DNA from: Caloramator fervidus
GTDB taxonomy: Bacteria > Bacillota > Clostridia > Clostridiales > Caloramatoraceae
Length of the DNA stretch: 24,000 bases
NCBI RefSeq assembly: GCF_900108045.1
Contig: NZ_FNUK01000001.1
Location: 98,300 to 122,299, forward strand
Direction: 5' to 3'
The notes below the pieces were generated by a model. The model did no database searches, was not told the origin of the DNA, and saw only the letters and a program-made list of their open reading frames with translations. Positions within the stretch are counted from its first letter, which is position 1; each line of letters opens with the position of its first letter. Shown one piece after another: positions 16,156-21,997 of this stretch. The position numbers were made by a program, and so were the translations under genes.

Positions 16156-16189
16156 CAGATTGTGAATAACTCTGTTGATAATATTGTGG
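16141..16189. repeat. Perfect 18-bp inverted repeat with a 13-nt spacer, carrying DnaA-box-like 9-mers
   Basis: CCACAATATTATCAACAG (16141-16158) and CTGTTGATAATATTGTGG (16172-16189) are exact reverse complements. The 9-mers present are TTATCCACA 16137-16145, TTATCAACA 16149-16157, TGTGAATAA 16161-16169 (complement of TTATTCACA) and TGTTGATAA 16173-16181. Confidence 0.85.
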
Positions 16190-16215
16190 GTTTTATGTGA
16201 ATTCATGTAGATATT

Positions 16216-16764
16216 TTATAATATAAGGAAAACTAGAGCTATTATTATTCCTGAATAAATTAGGTCAATCAAACAATAACCCATTATATCCTTTGCACTA
16301 AGTTTAGCAAGGCCTAATATAGGTAGTGCCCAAAAGGGTTGAATCATATTTGTCCAAGCATCTCCCCAAGCAAGAGCCATAACAGCTTTACCTAAAGGAA
16401 TGTTTAGGGATTGAGCTGCTTTAACTACGATAGGACCTTGTGCTACCCATTGCCCACCACCTGATGGTATGAATAAATTAATTAATCCTGCACTTAAGAA
16501 AGTAAAAAGGGGAAAAGTTTTTACATTTAAGCCTGTAATCAAGTCCCTTTACTTTGCGAGCAAGTTCCTTAGCTAAAAGTCCGATAATAGCTAATGCTGG
16601 GGTTTTAGCTACAAAATCCTTTTCCCCAGCAGTTAATAAGTTCAATAGCAGTTTTATCTGTTTTAAAGATTGCTAAAATATAAACAATTATAGTTAGTAA
16701 AATAGCAAAAATAAATGCATCAGGTAAATATTCTTCAACTAGTTTAACACATGCATGGAAACAT
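16216..16764 (-). pseudogene. Remnant of a short-chain fatty acid transporter gene (AtoE family), with frameshifts and large internal deletions
   Basis: On the minus strand, an AGGAGGTG RBS and the ATG at 16764 give MFPCMC then a stop. The +1 frame then reads ACVKLVEEYLPDAFIFAILLTIIVYILAIFKTDKTAIELINCWGKGF then a stop. A third frame reads AKTPALAIIGLLAKELARKVKGLDYRL. A fourth frame (the track ORF 16216-16542) reads ...FPLFTFLSAGLINLFIPSGGGQWVAQGPIVVKAAQSLNIPLGKAVMALAWGDAWTNMIQPFWALP...DIMGYC. These pieces match the N-terminal, one central and the C-terminal parts of AtoE-type proteins (about 440 aa), compressed into about 550 bp. Confidence 0.75.
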
Positions 16765-16878
16765 AAATTTCACCTCCTAGTTTGTATTTATTCATTTAGT
16801 TTGTTAATTAGAACAAAAGTTTAAGAGGGGATTGTTATAAAGCAATATTATAAATATAATTAAATCTGAGGTGATTGC

Positions 16879-19035
16879 ATGGACATTGTTAAAATTTTAT
16901 GTAATGAGCTAAACATAGGAGAGATTCAAGTAAAAAATACTATTAAACTTATTGATGATGGGAATACTATTCCCTTTATTGCAAGATATAGAAAGGAAGC
17001 AACTGGAGGCCTTGATGATGCAACTTTAAGAAAATTTTATGAAAGGCTAAGTTATTTAAGAAATCTTCAGGCTAAAAAAGAAGAAGTAAAAAGGCTTATA
17101 TCAGAGCAGGGGAAATTAACTAAGGAAATTGAAGAAGCTATAGAAAAGGCTGAAACCATAACTGAAGTTGATGATATATACAGGCCTTTTAGACCAAAGA
17201 AAAGGACAAGGGCAACTATAGCAAAGGAAAAGGGATTAGAGCCTTTAGCTAATATAATATTAGGTCAAGAATACAAAGAAAATTTATTAGAAATAGCAAG
17301 GCAATATATTGACGAAGAAAAAGAAATTTTAAAAGAAGATGATGCTATATCGGGAGCTTTAGACATTATTGCCGAGGAAATATCGGATAATGCCGAATAT
17401 AGAAAATTTATAAGGAATATAACCTTTAAAGAGGGAATAATAGTTACAAAAGCTATAAAACAAGAAACCTCCCCCTATGAAATGTATTATGACTATAAAG
17501 AAGCAGTAAGAACTATTCCTGCTCATAGAGTTTTAGCTATAAACAGGGGTGAGAGGGAAGAATTTTTATCTGTAAAAATTGAAGCTCCGGTTGAAAAGAT
17601 AATTTCCTACCTTGAGGATAAAATTATAAAAAGAGAAAAGGATAAAGAATACCTTCAAAGGGCTATAAAGGATAGTTATCAAAGGCTTATTGCACCTTCT
17701 ATTGAAAGGGAAATAAGAAATGAGCTTACAGAAAAAGCACAAGAACAAGCAATAAAGGTGTTTGCAGAAAATTTAAGAAATCTTCTTATGCAGCCACCTG
17801 TAAAGGGAAAAGTTGTTTTAGGCTTTGACCCAGGGTTTAGAACAGGATGTAAAGTTGCAGTTGTAGATGAGACTGGGAAACTCTTAGATACAGCTACAGT
17901 TTATTCAACAGCTCCTCAAAACGACATTGAGGGTAGCAAAAAGATAATGAAGGAGTTAATTTATAAATACAATGTAGATATAATATCCCTTGGAAATGGA
18001 ACTGCTTCAAGGGAATCAGAAATATTCATTTCAGATCTTATAAAGGAAATAGAAAAAGAATCTGGAAAAAAGATTTATTATGTTGTTGTTTCAGAAGCGG
18101 GGGCTTCTGTATATTCTGCTTCAGAAGTTGCAAGGGAAGAGTTCCCTAATATAAATGTTTCCTTAAGGGGAGCAATATCAATTGCAAGAAGGCTTCAGGA
18201 TCCTTTAGCTGAACTTGTTAAAATAGATCCTAAATCCATAGGGGTTGGCCAGTATCAGCATGATGTTTCTCAAAAAAGGCTTGATGAAACGTTAAAGGGA
18301 GTAGTTGAAGATGTTGTAAATAGCGTTGGAGTTGATTTAAATACAGCTTCCGTTTCTCTTCTTTCCTATGTAGCTGGTATAAATTCTTCCATAGCTAAAA
18401 ATATAGTAGAATATAGAGAAAGGAATGGCAAATTTAAAGATAGAAAAGAACTTTTAAAGGTTAAAAGGCTTGGAGAAAAAACCTTTGAGCAGTGTGCAGG
18501 ATTTTTAAGAATTCCAGAAAGTGAAAATCCTTTAGATAATACTGGTGTTCATCCAGAGTCCTATGGTGTTTGCATAAAATTCCTTGAGGTTTTAGGTTTA
18601 TCATTAGAAGATGTTAAAAATAGAAATCTTTCAAATTTAGATGAGCTTGTAGAGAAAAACGGTGGAGCTGAAGAAATTGCAAAAAGAATAAATTGTGGTC
18701 TTCCAACTTTACTAGATATTATAAAAGAGATTAAAAAACCAGGAAGGGATCCAAGGGAAGAACTTCCGCCACCTATTTTCATGTCTTCTGTTATGGAAAT
18801 AGAACATTTAAAGCCCGGAATGATTTTAAAAGGAACCGTAAGGAATGTTACAGATTTTGGTGTTTTTGTAGATATTGGTGTTCATTATGATGGCCTTTTA
18901 CATAAATCTCAAATATCAGATAAATTTATAAAACATCCTATGGAGGTTTTAAAGGTTGGAGATATAATAACTGTTAAAATTTTAGAGGTTGACCTTAGAA
19001 GAAAAAGAATAGCTCTTTCTATGAAGGATATTTAG
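16879..19035 (+). CDS. tex: Tex/YhgF-like transcription accessory protein with a C-terminal S1 RNA-binding domain
   Basis: 718-aa ORF. N-terminus: IPFIARYRKEATGGLDD. YqgF/RuvC-like core: VLGFDPGFRTGCKVAVVD...SLGNGTASRE. HhH region: GVDLNTAS...LLSYVAGI. C-terminal S1 domain: GMILKGTVRNVTDFGVFVDIGVHYDGLLHKSQIS. Confidence 0.93.
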   Translation: MDIVKILCNELNIGEIQVKNTIKLIDDGNTIPFIARYRKEATGGLDDATLRKFYERLSYLRNLQAKKEEVKRLISEQGKLTKEIEEAIEKAETITEVDDIYRPFRPKKRTRATIAKEKGLEPLANIILGQEYKENLLEIARQYIDEEKEILKEDDAISGALDIIAEEISDNAEYRKFIRNITFKEGIIVTKAIKQETSPYEMYYDYKEAVRTIPAHRVLAINRGEREEFLSVKIEAPVEKIISYLEDKIIKREKDKEYLQRAIKDSYQRLIAPSIEREIRNELTEKAQEQAIKVFAENLRNLLMQPPVKGKVVLGFDPGFRTGCKVAVVDETGKLLDTATVYSTAPQNDIEGSKKIMKELIYKYNVDIISLGNGTASRESEIFISDLIKEIEKESGKKIYYVVVSEAGASVYSASEVAREEFPNINVSLRGAISIARRLQDPLAELVKIDPKSIGVGQYQHDVSQKRLDETLKGVVEDVVNSVGVDLNTASVSLLSYVAGINSSIAKNIVEYRERNGKFKDRKELLKVKRLGEKTFEQCAGFLRIPESENPLDNTGVHPESYGVCIKFLEVLGLSLEDVKNRNLSNLDELVEKNGGAEEIAKRINCGLPTLLDIIKEIKKPGRDPREELPPPIFMSSVMEIEHLKPGMILKGTVRNVTDFGVFVDIGVHYDGLLHKSQISDKFIKHPMEVLKVGDIITVKILEVDLRRKRIALSMKDI

Positions 19036-19036
19036 A

Positions 19037-19065
19037 TTGAATATTTGTAAATTTTATGGTAATAT
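19037..19065 (+). promoter_or_regulatory. Putative sigmaA promoter of the FMN-riboswitch/ribU leader
   Basis: TTGAAT (19037-19042), a 17-nt spacer, then TAATAT (19060-19065), with TG at 19057-19058 giving an extended -10. Confidence 0.5.
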
Positions 19066-19072
19066 ATAAACA

Positions 19073-19190
19073 AAAATATCTTCGGGGCAGGGTGGAATTC
19101 CCGACCGGCGGTAAAGCCCGCGAGCCGAAAGGCTGACCTGGTGAAATTCCAGGGCCGACAGTGAAAGTCTGGATGGGAGAAGATATTTTT
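19073..19190 (+). promoter_or_regulatory. FMN riboswitch (RFN element) aptamer
   Basis: AAAATATCTTCGGGGCAGGGTGGAATTCCCGACCGGCGGTAAAGCCCGCGAGC...CTGGTGAAATTCCAGGGCCGACAGTGAAAGTCTGGATGGGAGAAGATATTTT matches the conserved RFN core. P1 pairs AAATATCTTC with GAAGATATTT. Confidence 0.93.
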
Positions 19191-19209
19191 GGATATTTTT
19201 ATCCGTTTT

Positions 19210-19242
19210 CTCCCTTTGCCCCAATGAAAGGGAGGTTTTTTT
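19210..19242 (+). terminator. FMN riboswitch expression platform: a terminator hairpin that also sequesters the ribU Shine-Dalgarno
   Basis: CTCCCTTT (19210-19217) pairs with AAAGGGAG (19227-19234), with loop GCCCCAATG. This is followed by G and T7, and then the ATG at 19243. The 3' arm is the RBS itself. Confidence 0.8.
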
Positions 19243-19833
19243 ATGGTAAAATCAAAAAAATTATCAAACATGATTAAAGTATCTATTCTTTCTGCAATTT
19301 CACTCATCCTTATGTTTTTTGAGTTTTCTCTTCCTATCTTCCCAGAGTTTTTAAAAATTGATTTGAGCGACATTCCTCCTCTTTTAGGTGCTTTTGCTTT
19401 AGGCCCCTTATATGGTGTTTTAGTTGAATTTATAAAAAACATTTTGCATTTTGTTTTAAAAGGTCAAACTGCAGGAATAGGAGAGATGGCAAACTTTTTG
19501 GTTGGAATTTCTTTAGTATATCCTGCTTCTTATATTTATTTTAAAAACAAAACAAAAAAGGGTGCATTTTTAGGCCTTTTTATAGGAGTTGTGGTTATGG
19601 TTATTTCTGCATCGCTTTTAAATTATTTTGTACTTCTACCTCTTTATGAAAAAGTACTTAATTTTCCTATAAGTGCAATTATAGAGTGGGCATCTAAGGT
19701 TAATAAAAACATAAAAGATATAAATTCCCTTATTGTATATAGCATAGCTCCTTTTAATCTCATTAAGGGAGTTATTGTATCCTTTTTAACTATACTAATA
19801 TATAAAAGAGTATCTCCAATACTTCATAAGTAG
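19243..19833 (+). CDS. ribU: Riboflavin ECF-transporter S component (RibU/YpaA family)
   Basis: 196-aa ORF predicted as a polytopic membrane protein. The N-terminal pattern is LSAISLILMFFEFSLPIFPEFLKIDLSDIPPLLGAFALGP. It lies immediately behind an FMN riboswitch. Confidence 0.85.
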   Translation: MVKSKKLSNMIKVSILSAISLILMFFEFSLPIFPEFLKIDLSDIPPLLGAFALGPLYGVLVEFIKNILHFVLKGQTAGIGEMANFLVGISLVYPASYIYFKNKTKKGAFLGLFIGVVVMVISASLLNYFVLLPLYEKVLNFPISAIIEWASKVNKNIKDINSLIVYSIAPFNLIKGVIVSFLTILIYKRVSPILHK

Positions 19834-19857
19834 GCACTTTGTGCCTATTTATTTTTT
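19831..19857 (+). terminator. Intrinsic terminator of ribU
   Basis: Stem TAGGCAC / GTGCCTA with loop TTT, followed by TTTATTTTTT. The stem includes the stop codon. Confidence 0.75.
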
Positions 19858-19973
19858 GTTTGATGAAAAAGCGTCCGCACACTTTTTAAACGCCTTTATT
19901 ATAACAATATTTGTTGTAAAACCTTATAGGCTGGTATAAAATATAAATGAATTTAAATAAAGGGTGTGAAAAT

Positions 19974-20405
19974 ATGAAAGTTTTATCTTATTCAAAGGAG
20001 ATGACTTTTGATATAGGAGTAAAGCTTGCAAAGATATTAAAAAAGGGAGATATAATAAGTTTAAATGGAGATTTAGGGGCAGGTAAAACCCATCTTGTAA
20101 AGGGAATAGCCAAGGGACTTGGAATCAATGAAGATATTACAAGCCCAACCTTTACGATTGTAAATGAATATTATGGAGAAATGCCTTTATATCATTTTGA
20201 TGTTTATAGAATTTCAGATGTTTTAGAGCTTTATGAAATAGGTTTTGAAGAATACATATATGGAGATGGTATATCAGTAATTGAGTGGGGAGATTTGGTT
20301 GATGAGGTTCTTCCCAAGGATAAAATAAGGATATTTATAAAGGTAATAGATGAAAATACAAGGGAGATAGAATTTTTTAATCTAGATAAGGAGCTGATAT
20401 TGTGA
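19974..20405 (+). CDS. tsaE: tRNA t6A37 biosynthesis protein TsaE (P-loop ATPase)
   Basis: The ORF is open from the ATG at 19947, but an extended -10 (TGGTATAAA, 19932-19940) sits just upstream of that codon. The ATG at 19974 has an AAAGGGTG RBS. Motifs are GDLGAGKTHLVKG and TSPTFTIVNEY. Confidence 0.88.
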   Translation: MKVLSYSKEMTFDIGVKLAKILKKGDIISLNGDLGAGKTHLVKGIAKGLGINEDITSPTFTIVNEYYGEMPLYHFDVYRISDVLELYEIGFEEYIYGDGISVIEWGDLVDEVLPKDKIRIFIKVIDENTREIEFFNLDKELIL

Positions 20406-21103
20406 GGGTTTTAGCTATAGAAACGTCTACTTTAGTAGCTTCTGTTGCAGTTGTTACAGAAGAAAAGGTAGAGGGAGAGTTTTACATAAACAATAAGCTT
20501 CAGCACTCTGTTCTTCTTTTTCCTATGATAGAAAATTTGTTTAAAACTTTAGATATAGATTCTTCTTATATAGATGCAGTTGCAGTATCAAAGGGCCCCG
20601 GTTCCTTTACAGGCCTTAGAATAGGAGTTGCAGCAGCAAAGGGTTTTGCTCAAGGGAGAAACATTAAGTTTATCGGAATATCAAGCCTTGATGCTATGGC
20701 TTTTATGCAGGTGGGATTTGATGGAATCATAGTCCCTATTATGGATGCATTAAAGGGTAACGTATATACAAGCTCTTATAAGTTTAAAGATGGAAAACTA
20801 GAAAGAATAAGCGACTATGAAGCTATTTCTATAGAGGAAGTTATAGAAAGGTTTAAACATGAAAAGGTGATGTTTTGTGGAGATGCGGTTTATTTGCATT
20901 ATGATAAGCTAAAGGTTTTTGATAATTTTTACTTTTCAACTAGGACTTCAAACTATCCTAGGGCTTCAGCTTTAGGAGAACTTGCTATTTTAAGTCTTCT
21001 TGAAGGCAAAGAAGATGATATATTTACTTTTAGTCCTTTATATATAAGAAAGTCCCAAGCCGAAAGAGAATATGAAAAAAAGGTGGGGAAAAAACTTGAA
21101 TGA
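20402..21103 (+). CDS. tsaB: tRNA t6A37 biosynthesis protein TsaB
   Basis: 233-aa ORF with a GTG start that overlaps the tsaE stop (GTGA). The N-terminus is VLAIETST, followed by KGPGSFTGLRIGVAAAKG, typical of the TsaB/YeaZ family. Confidence 0.9.
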   Translation: MRVLAIETSTLVASVAVVTEEKVEGEFYINNKLQHSVLLFPMIENLFKTLDIDSSYIDAVAVSKGPGSFTGLRIGVAAAKGFAQGRNIKFIGISSLDAMAFMQVGFDGIIVPIMDALKGNVYTSSYKFKDGKLERISDYEAISIEEVIERFKHEKVMFCGDAVYLHYDKLKVFDNFYFSTRTSNYPRASALGELAILSLLEGKEDDIFTFSPLYIRKSQAEREYEKKVGKKLE

Positions 21104-21545
21104 TTTTTTGATAAGGGATATGACAGTGGATGATATAGATGAAGTTGTAAAAATAGAGCATTTAAGTTTTAAAACTCCATGGACTTATGAGGCATTTTTG
21201 TCTGAGCTTACTAAAAACAAAGTAGCAAGGTATAGAGTGATTGAAAAGGATAAGAAAATAGTTGGATATTACGGGATTTGGCTTTTATATGGAGAAGGCC
21301 ATATAACAAATATTGCAGTTCATCCTGAATATAGGGGAATAGGACTTGGGAATATGCTTTTAAAGGATATTATTTCTCTTTCAAAGGAGAATGGAATTAG
21401 CGCTTTAACTTTAGAAGTTAGGGTGGGAAATAGTGTTGCTATAAATTTATATAAAAAATATGGATTTGTTGAAGTTGCAAAAAGAAAGGGATACTACTCT
21501 GATACTGGAGAAGATGCGATAATAATGTGGAAATATGATGTATAA
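21072..21545 (+). CDS. rimI: Ribosomal-protein-alanine N-acetyltransferase RimI (GNAT)
   Basis: The ORF runs from the ATG at 21072. An alternative TTG at 21096 lies 7 nt after AGGTGGGG. GNAT motifs include ITNIAVHPEYRGIGLGNMLL and LEVRVGNSVAINLYKKYGF. It is the third gene of the tsaE-tsaB-rimI cluster and overlaps the end of tsaB. Confidence 0.88.
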   Translation: MKKRWGKNLNDFLIRDMTVDDIDEVVKIEHLSFKTPWTYEAFLSELTKNKVARYRVIEKDKKIVGYYGIWLLYGEGHITNIAVHPEYRGIGLGNMLLKDIISLSKENGISALTLEVRVGNSVAINLYKKYGFVEVAKRKGYYSDTGEDAIIMWKYDV

Positions 21546-21571
21546 AAAGCTGCCTTTTGGCAGCTTTTTTT
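21544..21571 (+). terminator. Intrinsic terminator of rimI
   Basis: Stem GCTGCC / GGCAGC with loop TTTT, flanked by A5 and T7 runs. Confidence 0.85.
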
Positions 21572-21572
21572 A

Positions 21573-21601
21573 TTGAAAAAATTTTTTAAAAGCGTTAAAA
21601 T
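21573..21601 (+). promoter_or_regulatory. Putative sigmaA promoter of the metal-resistance operon
   Basis: TTGAAA (21573-21578), a 17-nt spacer, then TAAAAT (21596-21601). Confidence 0.5.
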
Positions 21602-21626
21602 GAATATATGAACAAATATTCATATG
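21601..21626. promoter_or_regulatory. Probable ArsR/SmtB-family operator (imperfect palindrome)
   Basis: The sequence is TGAATATATGAACAAATATTCATATG. TGAATAT (21601-21607) is complementary to ATATTCA (21616-21622), and ATATGAA (21606-21612) is complementary to TTCATAT (21619-21625). It starts at the -10 and ends at the RBS of the regulator gene. Confidence 0.6.
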
Positions 21627-21636
21627 AGGTGGTAAT

Positions 21637-21996
21637 ATGATAGAAAAGTGTTCCTGCACGGTTGTTCATGAGGATGTTGTAAACAAAGTAAAAGAACTTA
21701 TGCCAAAGGAAGAAGTGTTGTATGACGTTGCAGAGCTTTTTAAAGTTTTAGGAGATACTACTAGGATAAAAATAATATGTGCTTTGTTTGAATCTGAGAT
21801 GTGTGTGTGTGACCTTGCTGCGGTTTTATCTATGAGTCAGTCAGCTGTATCCCATCAGCTTAGAGTATTAAAGGCAGCGCGCCTTGTAAAGTATAGAAAG
21901 GAAGGAAAAGTAGTTTATTATTCTCTAGATGATGATCATGTGAAGATGATATTTGACTTGGGACTTTTGCATATTAATGAAAATAGGGGGGCTTAG
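21637..21996 (+). CDS. ArsR/SmtB-family metalloregulator, CadC-like (Cd/Zn/Pb type)
   Basis: 119-aa ORF. The winged-HTH pattern is LFKVLGDTTRIKIICAL...CVCDLAAVLSMSQSAVSHQLRVLKAARLV. The CVC in helix alpha-3 plus the N-terminal Cys pair (CSC) resemble the CadC alpha-3N thiolate site. Confidence 0.88.
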   Translation: MIEKCSCTVVHEDVVNKVKELMPKEEVLYDVAELFKVLGDTTRIKIICALFESEMCVCDLAAVLSMSQSAVSHQLRVLKAARLVKYRKEGKVVYYSLDDDHVKMIFDLGLLHINENRGA

Positions 21997-21997
21997 T

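Noticed and set aside
19032-19442. 136-aa minus-strand ORF spanning the tex-ribU spacer.
   Set aside because: It runs antisense through the FMN riboswitch and the 5' part of ribU. Its openness is explained by the GC-rich aptamer sequence, and it has no RBS or family resemblance.
21606-21625. A second LexA-like box, GAACAAATATTC, sharing 11 of 12 bases with the core of the box at 5035-5046.
   Set aside because: The right half-site is ATTC rather than GTTC, and the flanking CG/CG of the Cheo consensus is missing. The sequence is part of a longer palindrome placed exactly between the -10 and the RBS of an ArsR/SmtB regulator gene. The autoregulatory metal-sensor operator is therefore the simpler explanation.
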